From Paragordius varius (Eukaryota > Animalia > Nematomorpha), in contig OZ176055.1 in the NCBI GenBank assembly GCA_964247055.1, positions 2,604,001 through 2,668,000 on the forward strand: 64,000 bases of DNA, read 5' to 3'. This document shows positions 50,401 through 62,797 of the stretch, in pieces (positions within the stretch are counted from its first letter, which is position 1; every line of letters begins with the position of its first letter). The translations under genes were made by a program, and so were the position numbers. The notes below the pieces were generated by a model that searched no databases, was not told the origin of the DNA, and saw only the letters and a program-made list of their open reading frames with translations.

Positions 50401-51731
50401 TCTAATTTCTTCGTAATATTTCCCATTGTTACATTGACAACTGTTTTTCCCAAGAGTTTGATTGGGTTGTTTCCGTAGGAAGTTAATCTGGGAGCCCTTT
50501 TTAGTAACAGTGCTCCCACCGTCTTCCAAACATTTTTATTAATCAGAGAAGCAGCCGCTCCAGTATCAAAAACCATACTGACAGCTTGGCCATTAATCGT
50601 AGCGCAAATGTTCGCTTGTGTGCCCCATTTATTATAATTAGCGTTTATATTATCACTATATCGTTTTTTATGGCGACACATTGCCTGAAAATGATTTTTT
50701 TTAATGCAATTGTGGCATATTTTTCCGAACGCGGGACATTGTTTTGGTATATGCGATTTACCACATTTGCTACATCTCCGCTTCCATTTATTATTATTGC
50801 CATCATCATTTTTTTATATTTCATATTATTACTCTTATGATTATTATTATTATTATTATCATTCGACCGATTCTTTTGAATTTTAAGGATACTGCTTAAC
50901 GACACATGGGAGGCAATATCGGCCCTTGCAAGTTCCTGAGCCAAGGCCATGTCGACAATGGTGGTTAATGACACCGCCTTCCCATCACACTTCGCATCGA
51001 GGAATCGTGAATAAAGATCCACTTCCAATGATTGCAAGTTTAATCCAGCCACAAAACTGTCTCTAATTCTCTCCTCCACCTCTGTTTGAAATTCAGCCTT
51101 TTCCGCCACACTCTTGACTCTTTGCAAAAATTCCGTGAATGTTTCTCCATCATTTCTCCGCAAACGAGCAAACTCAAACCTTGCAGCGAAGACAGACTTG
51201 GCAGGTGAGAAAAGTTTAAGACCAATGTCATGAATTTTAGACCAAGGAGCATCATCAATTGATTCCGGAAAAATCATTGTTTCGATCTTATTAATTGTTT
51301 TAAGACCAGCTCCAGCCAAAAACAGTACTTTGATATTATCATCATTAATATCAACATTTTTGGAGATCATAACTCTTTTGACATATCTGATATAGTTGGC
51401 AAAATCATAATTGTCATCGTATCCTTCGATTGAAATTTTATCCATCGTCTTCGTCGCCAGAATATTACGTATCGAATATTACGAATCGGTGATGAAAATA
51501 CAAAACAATAATAATTTATTAAGAATTTCGATATATTTATACTTTTTAATTAATGATAATTTTAACATGCATGTGCGTCACAATTGTAAGAATATGTCTT
51601 TTATTCTACGAATATAAATATAAGAATTCCACGAATAATGACGCACAAACATAAACGTAAGATGCGCTTAATATAATAAAATGATGTAAGAAAATATAAT
51701 GATGCAACGTTGTAGTATCCACTACATATCA
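47442..51731 (-). mobile_element. Recent full-length Ty3/Gypsy (Mag-like) LTR retrotransposon, 4290 bp
   Basis: LTRs at 47442-47707 and 51463-51731 are identical except for a 3-nt indel. TSD CCTAC (47437-47441 and 51732-51736). PBS TGGCGACGA (tRNA-Ser(GCT)-like) lies just upstream of the gag ATG; PPT GAGGAGGAAGAAAA. Confidence 0.97.
47698..51445 (-). pseudogene. Interrupted gag-pol of the recent Gypsy element (capsid, 2x CCHC, protease, RT, RNase H, integrase)
   Basis: Gag MDKISIEGY; knuckles CSKCGKSHIPKQC and CHNCIKKNHFQAMC; protease FDTGAA; RT YLDD; RNase H DAS..GFGAVLLQ and SDHKPL; integrase HVGHPG..CQCC, VDIAG, SDNATYF, TNGLVER. Breaks at about 50812 (A7 run), 50259 (in-frame TGA), about 49410 and about 49355 (paired frameshifts) and about 48870 (A6 run). 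Confidence 0.93.
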
Positions 51732-53419
51732 CCTACTAAAGAGCTATAAATCGAAAACGACTTTAGCTTCATACATACATTCAAATAAAATCTAATGTAA
51801 TTGATGATACATCAATAAATAAATTATAACAATGCAATTATTTTTTTGGAAGGGTAATAAATGCCGGTTTTCTGCCTTCACATATTTGATTGGTATAGCG
51901 AGGAATGGATAGATAAGAGCTCTTTTTATATTGGTATTTTTAATATAGGTGAAAAAGAAAATTCGAAAGCAAGATAATTTTTTTATTCAAAAGCAGCTTT
52001 TAAAATTAATTTTTTATTTCAATTTAGTTTTAGCCACAATGATATGTATCAGACGTTAAATCGCAACACGTGTTCAATTATTTTTTAATATAGTAAGTAA
52101 AAGATGAAAACCGACTAATTTTGGGTTTCAATAAATTTATTACCATATTTCAAACTTTACGCCTTTTGACATCTTGGAAACGATTGGGAAGGTTAAATTT
52201 TAATAAGACCGAGGATGTCTGATTTAATATATTCATAGTGTACCAAATTAAGAGTCAGCGTAGTTTTTAATTTCCGTATTTTTCGTTTGAAACTCACTAG
52301 CTTCAAAATCGGATAAAAAATACGAGTTTCGTTGCATATAAAGATAATAAACTCAAAAATTCGTCATATGATTTTTATTTATGAATCAAAATGGCCTAAA
52401 ACTTGTAAATAAATAGATTATAAAAAAATTATTTTTTTGTTAAGCTTGACGTTTATAAAGTCAGCGTCTAAAATGCATAGCTCAGATTTATAAAAATAAA
52501 ATAGTATAAAACGGATAGATATTTATATGGGTTTTAAAATGGGAAAAATTTAACAGATGAATTAAATGCTTAGCTTTTGCACACTAACTTCATAATGTGT
52601 ATGCCCTTCATTACATGCAATCGAGAAATTTTGGGCGATTTTAAAAAAAATCATATGCTAAATATTTATACTGCAAAAAAACTAGGTTTTGTAGTGTTAT
52701 TTCGCCAACAGGTACCGAACGGGCTTATTATATGTTTTAAACAAAGAAATAAGTGTAAAAACTGAGCTTTTTTAATCGAAACTGATTTAAAATGTTCACA
52801 TTTAAAACAATATACAATTTTACAAAATTTTATGAAAAAAATTGATTTTACGAAATACTTAATTCAAATGGATCATACTGACTTTATAAAAGTCGAAGCC
52901 TAAGAAACACAGGTTTATTATTTTTTACTATTATCTATTTATTTGCAAAGTTTAGATAATTGACAATAAAATTATAAATAATTTAAAAACAGCTGTCTCT
53001 TAATCAGTTTTTAAATTTATTTCCTTATGTGTATCGTGACCCCCATTTTTTGAATACTAAAAAATTGGTGTTGTATACTCTATCCAATGTTATAATTATT
53101 AACTACATTTTTAATATTTGGGACAATAAGTTTTTATAATAAACTATAGCGACTAATAAAAAAAAGAGATTCTAAATTTTGCGACATGTGTTAAAGACTT
53201 AGACATTTCGAAAAAATAATACAATTTTTCGAATAACGCATTTTATCTAAAGGTAAAGATATGTATAAAAAATTTTAAAGCCGAAGGTATTTCGAAAGCT
53301 TGTTTATTAACCCCATTTTTACAGATGGTAATGCCAAAAAATCTAAAAACACGATCGAAACGATAAACATAATTTTCAAAAATTTATATGGACATAAAAG
53401 CCTATTCATTAACACTTCA

Positions 53420-53950
53420 TTACCTTTTGGGGGAGTTTTATATCCCATAGCGATTTAAAATTTAAATATCTGAAATAAAGGTAAGCCGAATTTAAAAATA
53501 TGCTTTCTTTAGTCTTTTAAGCGCATTATAAAAAAATTTAAAAAAAAAATGTAAAAAAATCATCATTTATACTTTTTCGCCAAATTTTTCCAATTTTTTT
53601 TGGCTATTGCAACAGGTAAAAATATATATATATTATGATTAGAAAATGTAATAAATTAACTTTAATTAAAAAAAATTCCGGCTACACTTTGCCAGCAGAA
53701 ACATGTTATATTTTGATTTTTGGTCGTAACCATGTTTTGGAGCAGTCCAAATTTTAGCCTCTAGAAGTTACAAAACTGTAAAAAATATAAGATTTTTAAT
53801 CTAATATATGAAAACAATGTGTGTTAAATAAATTTTTAACTAAAATTTCCAAAAATGTCGTTATCTCTGGGATGTGAAACCACCCCAAAAGGTTAGCTTT
53901 AACATATTTTTTGAAAATCTATTTTAAGGAGGTGTGCTGAAGCTTAACCC
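53420..53950. repeat. Longer copy of the old interspersed repeat family
   Basis: Matches 23480-23650 (TACCTTTT..GGAGTTT..CCCA..AGCGATTT), 14230-14480, 36620-36650 (inverted) and 63700-64000 (inverted). Confidence 0.6.
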
Positions 53951-54115
53951 AAATTTTCCAAAAATATGTATCATAGACAACGTTTTACATAAAAATCGAA
54001 ATTTTAATGACAATATTTAAAAACCAAAAATAACGTGTCTTTAAAAGTGACTTTCGGTTTGTGAGTATACACAGTTGCCACCAAATATCCTGATAAAATA
54101 TATATATATTCTGAT

Positions 54116-54509
54116 CAATGGGGTAGCTAGAAAGGGGAAGGGGCGCTGATGCACCGGGCGCCATAGTTGAAGGGGCACCGGATTTTTAAAAAGTATATTT
54201 CAAAAAATAGGTATTTAAAGTTATTACTTTAAATAATACATTAAAAATCACCAATTTATGAGTTATCATGACCTTTAATCGTGAAATTCTAATTTAGTAT
54301 TATCAATATTTAAATACCAACTGTTAGCTACTTTATTTTTAAGTTCCTACCTTTCTTAACCTCAGCCTGTTCATTTCATTCATGGAATGACGGGCCACAT
54401 TTCGTCCCGCTCACGGTTTGAATTGGATTATTATTTTAAAATGCAAGGGTTAGGGGGGCGCCATCTTGGATTTATGCATCAGGCTCCAGAAATGCAAGCT
54501 ACGCCTCTG
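54116..54509. mobile_element. hAT-type MITE, 394 bp
   Basis: Perfect 8-bp TSD ATTCTGAT (54108-54115 and 54510-54517). Imperfect TIR CAATGGGGTAGCT ... AGCTACGCCTCTG; GC-rich GGCGCC subterminal motifs. Confidence 0.88.
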
Positions 54510-55309
54510 ATTCTGATAGAAGAATGTATCAGGATTTTATAGTACTTTTGGTTTTGGGTGTTTCGCGATATAAGAAAGTCCAACATTTTAAAATAATTTT
54601 TTTAAAATAAAATAAATGCTTATTTTTAAAAAATACCGATAAAATATATCATAAACTACAAATAAAAAGAAATACATTATTTTTATAAAATTATAAATTT
54701 TAGATTATGTAAGTGATTTAAGACCCGAAATAGTCTCGATGGGGGATTTTCTTAAAATAAAGGCGAAGAGGCTGAGATTGCGCGGTAAAAATTTTAAGGT
54801 TTTTTCTAAAAAAATTAATATTTTGCTTAAAATTTTGATTTATAGCAAAATTTTGGCAGGGCGAGAGTTGAGGTATTTTGAAGCATGGTAGAGGTAAAAG
54901 AAAACACTTAAAAATAATATAAAGATACTTTTTCTATTGAATTTGTTGATTCTATCAAATCGGATTTTTGAGATTACAATGTGTTAATCTTCTAATTTTG
55001 ATACCTTTTTTATGGAAACACAAATTGATTAACAAACAAGTCATTTAATCTAAAATTTCAGTTAATAGAAATGGTTAACGTCACTTAATTATATAGTACA
55101 GTATCTTGAAGTGTTACGTTTCCATATGCTTCAAAATACTATATAACTCGCTTCACGAAAATGTTATAATTTTTTATCAAAATATATTTTGAAATTTTTT
55201 TAGATGTCATTGCATCTTGGCATTTTTGAGTTTATGTTAAAACCATTAAGGGTTCAAAAATATAAGATTTTTGGAGCCCGCGTGTTATATAAAGAGTGTC
55301 CTTAAATAA

Positions 55310-55320
55310 ACATCCTGATG

Positions 55321-55354
<34 letters not shown>

Positions 55355-55380
55355 TGATAGGGGGATGTATCAGGATTATT
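55310..55380. repeat. Short palindromic element ATCCTGAT..(TA)n..TTCTGATAG..ATGTATCAGGAT
   Basis: A second copy at about 54086-54540 is split by the hAT MITE. Related TATCAGGA motifs at about 56461 and 63244-63335. Confidence 0.6.
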
Positions 55381-55670
55381 AGGGAGCTTTTCTTTTGGCC
55401 TTTACCAGTAATTTAATAAAGTTATTACCGTTTTGTGGTAACTCCATATCAGAAAATGGCAAAATTTGCTCACATTTTCTTAAATAAATTTTCTTCGATT
55501 AAAGCTATAGGCTCCCAAAAAACACTAAAGTATATTAAGACATATAAAAAAACAATAATTTAATAAATTTTAACTTTAAGATGTAGGCTTCAAACGTTAT
55601 TTCAACATACAAGTCATGTATAAATTATAAAAACACCCATTATTGTACAGTTATTCAATAAACACAGTGC

Positions 55671-55714
<44 letters not shown>

Positions 55715-55717
<3 letters not shown>

Positions 55718-56451
55718 TGTGTGCAAAGAGGAATGATTTTTTTAACATAATTTTTTTTCATAAAGTAGCTTATGATCAGCGAATTTATTTGCCGCAAAAA
55801 TTTTAATTTGTTGACAACCGAGTTTTAGAAACATTAACCTGTAAAGTTTGTTTTAACATAAAATATTATTTTTACTTCGATATATACAGTTTTTGGTTGT
55901 TTCACTTGTAAATTGGATTTTTTAATTAATATACGTTATAATTCCCGCTCATGTGAAATTTCAAAATAAAACTGTAAATTTTTTATACCGTAAACCAGAT
56001 GACAAAAAATGAAAAAATAAAAAACAATATGATTTAGTTTTATTTTGATTAAGTTTTACTGAATTAAATATGAATGTTAAAATTTTAATTGTAAGTTTAG
56101 CTAGTAAATAATCAAAAAAGTATTTTAATATTGTTTCATAAAAAATTTTTGTCTTTTTAATGTGTTAAAAGAAAAACGCCATCTTTTGAACTGAGATTTG
56201 ATAGAAACCCTAACTATATTTTAGGCTATTTATATATTGAAATATCTCTTAAAATGATAAACCATAATATTTCAACTTTTTTATAATGTTTTAAAATTAT
56301 CCTTAATTTTCACTTTTTGCCCGATTTCGATTTTTTCTTATTTCAAAAACTAGCGTTAACAAATAAAAATTTTTACGACAAATGAATTCGCTGGTCATAA
56401 GCTATCTTATGAAAAAAAATTATTTTGTTAAAAATTTTTTTTCACACAGTG
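55715..56451. mobile_element. TA-flanked MITE (Tc1/mariner-like), 737 bp
   Basis: TA|CACTGTGTG ... CACACAGTG|TA with imperfect TIRs of about 100 bp (TAGCTTATGATCAGCGAATTTATTTG versus CAAATGAATTCGCTGGTCATAAGCTA); flanked by (TA)n. Confidence 0.85.
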
Positions 56452-57904
56452 TATATATATTATCAGGATTTTATGTGCATTGTGTTTATTTAATACTTGG
56501 ATACAACGAATTGCAGTCCTTCGATTCAAATGGGGTAGTTGGATACCCCAGGCCTGTTTAAAATTAAATATTATATAGAAGGAATCGAACATGGAAAAAT
56601 TTTGCAATTATATAACATTAATAAATCTAAATATATAAAAAAATTTAAAAAAATACTTGATAATACTTATTTTCATGTGAAACGCAAACGTAAAAATTTA
56701 GTCAAAGTAACATGTGTACATTGGCTAAATTGAAAAATAATACAAAATAAACCACTTCTATAGCTATCAGTGTTGGATCTAACTTAAATAAGAAATTAGC
56801 TTTCATTTTACCTTTAAAACTAAATGAACACGATATTTTGCAAATATTTTGTAAAATAAAAAAGGCGTCGAAGAAGTCTGACATGGAACTTTTTTTTCAA
56901 AATTACATTTTATTTAGATTTTTTGGCTTATTATAATTTTTATCGGGATAAAAGCATAAATTTAAATTGGGACCGTTTCCATTAAAAATATTGATTTAAA
57001 TTTAGTCTGGGGTATTTAGATATCCCAATTTGAATCGAAATGTTAAACAACCCTAGAAGAAATAAAGTTTGCAAGAGTGTACGTATACTAAATATTTTAC
57101 ATAGATAAATGGTAAAATTAAAAAGCAAATTTAAAGTGTTAAACTTTTTACATTTAATATTTTTATATCTTAAATATCTTTAGCATTGGGTCAAATTTTA
57201 AACATATGCTTTCTTTGTTTTAGTCATATACTACAATTTTTTTTAAGTGTATGTAATATCCCCCCGTCATTTTTTTTTCTTTACTTTCTTAAATCATGAA
57301 TACAACACGCAATATATAGAATGTTAAAAAATACTTAACTTAAAATTCAAGTTATAATTTACCAGAAATTTTTTGATATTTATTGATTTTAATAGCTGTT
57401 AGTTTGAATCGTGTTTGGAACTATCTAAATTTGGGATTCTAAAAGTTAACTGTGAAATTTCTAAGTTTTTTATCATAACAGGAGAATAGTGTTTGATAAT
57501 TTAACCAACTTTCAAAACAGTAGTTTGTTTACTACTTAAAGTTTACCGTTTTTAACATACTTCAAAATATTATAAAATAGGGTTCATCGAAATTTCGTTA
57601 AAAATTAAGTTTCTAATTAAGGTATGCAATTTTCAAAAATATTTTTTTTGATGCCATGATCCCCACCACATATAAATAATTCTTATAGCAACATCTCGGT
57701 ATAATTTAATTTATCAGATATATTTCATCTCTTTTAACTGTATTTTTTGATATAATTTATATTAAACCACATTTAGCTATGCAAATAACCCATCGCTCTC
57801 ATTTTATGAATCCCAAAAATATTCATGAAACCCAGATTTACCTTGATGGATAGGCATATATGCAAAATAATAAGTTGTATATAATTCCGACATTTATTTA
57901 AGGA

Positions 57905-59584
57905 TTATGTATGAATCACATTGGCTGACACGATTTTGCTTTTTATGTTATAATATTTTATTCGAACTAACTCGAAAAAGTATTGCCTATACACAGTATT
58001 GAAAGCTAAATTAAGGTAAAATACGGAAAAGAGATACAAATATTCTAATATGTATAAAAATGTAAACGCTTGTAAAATATATGCCCCAAAGCTTTTGCTT
58101 ACTTGCTCCAAAACTATAACTAATAAAATTTCGTAGACAGCAATGGGCAACAAAAAACAAAAGAATTGCAAAAGAAATATCACAAGCGTTGCAATATTTT
58201 TTTGAATTTCTTTATTTAATCTTTGTACCCGTAAATCACTTGAAGTCGAAGATTTTTCTTGTGGTTGTAGGCTTAAATTATTCACATTTGTTGTTTCGGG
58301 AGGTGGAGAAGTTGGTGAACATGCCAATGCCATAGGAAAGTTTTCATTTTGCGCACAAAGCAGTTTTTTATCATAAGGCGTGGTAGAATTGGATTTTGCT
58401 TTGTTGCAAGGTGTGATATTATTATTTGTTGAAACAGAATTTGTTTGTGAAACACCAAGTAGCGCATATTCCATACTTTTAAATGTCGCGCTGCCCATCT
58501 GTGGGTTTTTCATAAGATTAAATCCTCCCAATTTTCTCAACTTCTTTATGGCCAACGTTTTGACGATCATTACAATAAAAAATGGTATTATGCGCGTGAA
58601 AAATGTTGCAGACAGTAAATAGTATGTAGCAGGGGCTGATCTCCCCAACGGAAACTTAAACACTCTTATTATGTAAGTAAAATTTAATTTGTACTTTTCT
58701 GCTGAGTTCGTAGTAACATTCAAAGCCGTTATATATTTATTGTTAAACCACGTTTTACATTGCATATCCATACGTAAATCGGTATTTGATTGCAATTTCA
58801 TCACATATGGGCTAAAGACTATGGTAATTTCTTTGAGCATCAACAAGGCTTTTGTCGTCCCACACCATATGAGGCTAATACAGGTGCAAACAAACACAGA
58901 ACTCCAGATATTTCGCCCGCAACATATCATTTTATATCGGAAGGGGAAGGCTATAGCTATACACTGATCACAAATATATAAAATGGCTAACAGATAACTC
59001 AAAGAAATTAAAGCACTATTTATTGGTTCGTAGCCCCATAGTATGAATTTGTCCCAACTTGCAAAGTTAATTTTCGGATTGACTGGTGGACGCAAGCATT
59101 GAAATAAAAATGGATACTGGACTATGTAGTTATTGATGTCTTTCTTGCTAACGGTGCTATTTGAGTCAAACATATTAGTTTTAAGTCCATAGGCCCTTAT
59201 GCCACCATACAGGATGGGAACAGTTCCATTCTCAAACTTTTCATTGGTATATAATTGCGTTAAAATATCTATCAACATTGTATTATGTTTTATCGTAGTA
59301 TAATAACCTAAGATATCCAATAATTTCTCCAAAATGAATCCCGGAATAGCTAACAAAGAAGCCGTTAAATTTATGGCTAAAATGGCTGTTAATAGCCTAT
59401 TACTATAAGTTTTTGTTCGATGTGTAAGCGATAAATGTGGTACACTAGAATTGGAATTACGAGGCGGAGGAGAAGTTGAAGAAAAGCGATCATAATTTAA
59501 ATTAACCCAAACGCCCAAAATATTCCCAATAATACCTAAGCATACAGCAGCTGTGCCAAAACTAAAAGGTAAATAGACATCCAT
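57905..59584 (-). CDS. Intronless divergent rhodopsin-like (class A) GPCR, peptide-receptor-like orphan, about 559 aa
   Basis: Seven hydrophobic segments with degenerate class A motifs: GIIGN (TM1), LAINL (TM2), CDQCIAIAFPFRY (DRY region), IIPFFIV (TM5), FFCFLLP (TM6), FNTVYRQYF (after TM7). Start taken at MDVYLP; the ORF track's upstream extension looks like intron or UTR. Confidence 0.8.
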   Translation of the reverse strand: MDVYLPFSFGTAAVCLGIIGNILGVWVNLNYDRFSSTSPPPRNSNSSVPHLSLTHRTKTYSNRLLTAILAINLTASLLAIPGFILEKLLDILGYYTTIKHNTMLIDILTQLYTNEKFENGTVPILYGGIRAYGLKTNMFDSNSTVSKKDINNYIVQYPFLFQCLRPPVNPKINFASWDKFILWGYEPINSALISLSYLLAILYICDQCIAIAFPFRYKMICCGRNIWSSVFVCTCISLIWCGTTKALLMLKEITIVFSPYVMKLQSNTDLRMDMQCKTWFNNKYITALNVTTNSAEKYKLNFTYIIRVFKFPLGRSAPATYYLLSATFFTRIIPFFIVMIVKTLAIKKLRKLGGFNLMKNPQMGSATFKSMEYALLGVSQTNSVSTNNNITPCNKAKSNSTTPYDKKLLCAQNENFPMALACSPTSPPPETTNVNNLSLQPQEKSSTSSDLRVQRLNKEIQKNIATLVIFLLQFFCFLLPIAVYEILLVIVLEQVSKSFGAYILQAFTFLYILEYLYLFSVFYLNLAFNTVYRQYFFELVRIKYYNIKSKIVSANVIHT

Positions 59585-60299
59585 CTTTTTTAAAAAAATA
59601 TAAAATAAAAACGTCAAGATATTTTTGCTTTATATACAAATTAAGAGCCTGTGTTGTCACTATTATGCCTTTGGATCCATACCAAGTAAAAGGTTATAAA
59701 ATAAACATCACATAAATATTGGTTATTAATTAATATAATTAACGGTATTTTTGCGTTGAATATACCGTAATATATTGGCTGTCTATATTATAAATATTTA
59801 ATATGGCAAATTGAAAAACGTGAAAGCCAATGAAGGCACAAATGGCTGAAAGAATAGTGTCTTTATATTTTAATCTTTACTTTAGCGAAAGTTAAATATT
59901 CCTTTAATTGCAAATCAATGTAATTTAATAATGTTTTATTTCACTAGCTTCAAACGTTAACTATGTATTTGCTTGATAAATTGGAAAAATCAAAGCAATA
60001 TATTTCCAAATTAATTGATTTTTATGTATAAATCCCGGAAGTAAAATATATAATTTTAACTTATATTATTAATGTTTTTATCCACGGTTTAAATTAGTTA
60101 GTCAGGGGTTTTCAAAAATTATTTGGAATTACGAAACAGTTGTTATCCATAAACAATTTTTATCTCAGCTACACAAGGTTTGGCCAATTATCATAACGGT
60201 ATTAGATAAGTGTTTTTTTGCATACAATACCAGGGATAGTCACAAATTATTACCGGTTTAATTAAGATGAAAGGTAAGCGAAGAGTATGCAGAGGATTA

Positions 60300-61100
60300 A
60301 TTTGTTCAGACCCCATTTTGTTCATCTGACATTATGACAAACACACAGAGGTTGAGTTCGTCAAAAACTAGCGTTAAATTTTGTCAACCACGTCGAACTT
60401 TTATATTTAAAAAAAGAATATTTGCGGCACGCATTGCCATCAGAAGAAAAAAGCTGTGAAAATTATCGTTTGCTGGCAGAAACATATGGTGAACATGATT
60501 CATCGATTAACACATGGAAATCATGTGAAAGAGTTGGGCGCTCTAGTAGACCACACTAATACGAGATGCTAAAGTGCGATGATGACCCAACTTCAACTTA
60601 ATTAACAATTCATAAAATTACATGTACCACAAATCAATCATTGGATGTCTGCGATAAAATGCAACCCATATAATGGTTGAACGTAAATTGAAAATCGCAA
60701 AATTGAAATCTTGCCTTAACGTCACGAAAGAAAGATTATTATCAAATTAGGACGGGTGATTAGGTTTGAGCGGAAAAATCGTTGCTTTCTTGCCAAACCG
60801 GTCCATCAAAACCAAGACCAAATTCCTTTGATAAGAAGACTATGCGTGCCTGGTGGGACCAGAGAGGTTTTGTTTATTATGAAATTTTGAAGAAGGGTAA
60901 CACCTTAAAACAGCGCTTTCGCCAACCAACGATTAATTTACACCATGAATTAATCGAAAAACGACCGGAATCGGTTAGAAGATATAGCATTGGTTTGCTA
61001 CCTATGCTCTATCTGAAAACGACAGATTTGAACTTCGATGACATCTTCTCGCTCATCCGCTGATTATCTCTCCTGTAGGCGCCACCTGACTAATAAAACC
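60300..61100 (+). pseudogene. Decayed mariner (Mos1-like) transposase
   Basis: KEYLRHAL.., YRLLAETYGEH, and PRPNSFDKKTM..WWDQRGFVYYEILKKG..INLHHELIEKRPE; multiple frameshifts; TIRs not identified; boundaries approximate. Confidence 0.85.
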
Positions 61101-62435
61101 TTACATGATTGGGGCCCACCCTCGCAGACTAGCACTTCAAAATTTTTCAAAGACTTTTGAAAATGGCTTGTGTTAATTCTTGGACCAAAATGTGGATTTT
61201 GATTCTTCGAACGTAATTTTATAGGATTAAGATCTGAGGAAGTGGCATACATAATAGGCGCATAACAACGGACATGCCTGAATTACATTTCAATTAAAGG
61301 GAGTTACATGTTGCCTATATTAAACATAGTGCGCATTTTCCATCGAAGGGGGGGGTTCCACCTTAGGGTATATTTATAAAAGCGCACAACGACAATTTAT
61401 TTTTTCATGAACGACCTAAATGATTACCTATGTACTTTTTTTTAATCTTACTAAAATATTTTTATGGACTCACTTTATGTAAAAATGCTAATTTAAGGAG
61501 TGGAGAACTGAAACTGACGGGTTAATTTAAGGCCCAACTCTATTAGTCTCATTCTTACGTAAAAACTCCTGTTATTGGTTTTTCTGGAATAAATATTGCT
61601 TTACAAAAAACGATTTTTGCGGACTGTGAAATCCCTCTTTCTCAACGGTGTAAAGGGCTGATGCCTATTTAAAATTTTTTTTAAAGCCGACACATTTTTC
61701 TAGATAAGCATATATTTGACTGTTAATGAACTTACATAGAACTTTGACCAACTGTATATAGTGGACGTATAATTAGATTCACGAGTTGGGTAATTTATCA
61801 TGGCTGAAACAGAAAAACAGTAAATCGAGCGCTCATTTATAAAGATATTAAAACAGTCTAAAAATTTAAAAATGAGTACAATTAAAATATCTGCAGATTG
61901 TGCCATTTGAAAAAATCTATCATCCAATAGCCATAATTTGTCAATTATCTAAATTGATTGAGAATATAAAATTTATCTGTATCGAAATAATTTAGTTTTT
62001 AAGTTAAATAAAATGGATAATATATCTATATTTTCAAAGTTAATACCAAAAATTTTCCAATTTCTTAGAAGGATAATTATAAATTATTTATAAAAACAAT
62101 TACGTATAGTGGGATTTTGATTTATTCTCAATTTTGATAAGAAATATAAAAATTTAATAACTAAACGCTTTAAACAATTACATTTACTGCATTGTTTACT
62201 GCCATTTTAAAAATAATTCAATATAAATTTATAAATGTGCATATGACTTCTAAGGAGATTAAAAAACCTAACGAAGAAAATATATTTAAAGAAATTTTGA
62301 ACTTCTAGGCAAATTAGAAAAAATATCATTGTTTTATAGGTTAGATTATTGTAAGTTTTGTACATATATAATAGCGTAAATCTCGTGCTGCTACGGAGCC
62401 CGAGGAAGTCCTTCGGACTTCTGGGGGGGGGGAGG

Positions 62436-62797
62436 AAAAATGGCAATTTACCGGGGGAGCGGGTAAAAAGAGGACCTAAATTAAAAAAGCGAGATGACTA
62501 TGTTCAGCGCAATCGAAAATAAGTAAACAAAAATCATATTTGAAATTGAATGATCCAACACGTTCTCCAAAAAATTGTCTCAAGGACATGATTTTTGTGC
62601 ACTTGGGTTTTCAAAAAAAAACCGTTTTTCACACGGGGTGGGCCCGAACTGGGGGCCTATTTTAAAAAAAGGGCGAAGCTATTGTCGGGACATTTATTAA
62701 TGATTATATTTTTTAAATGTTTGGATTTGATTGGGTCTACCGGTTTTCCGGTACCAGATCACTAAGCCAGCATTTTCCATTTTTATAAATATATAGA
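62436..62797 (-). mobile_element. Helitron copy C, 5' 360 bp only
   Basis: A|TCTATATATTTATAAAAATGG at 62797; high similarity to about 22400-22759; homology stops at about 62436 next to a G-run and hairpin. Confidence 0.85.

Noticed and set aside
50809-50815. Programmed -1 frameshift in gag
   Set aside because: T AAA AAA does not fit X XXY YYZ, it would separate capsid from its own zinc knuckles, and a similar 1-nt-short A run at about 48870 points to indel error or mutation.
55715-56451. RAG/Transib-type element because the ends contain CACAGTG (RSS heptamer)
   Set aside because: Read inward the TIR is CACTGTG, both flanks are TA in (TA)n with no distinct 5-bp TSD, and no nonamer was seen; a TA-targeting MITE is simpler.
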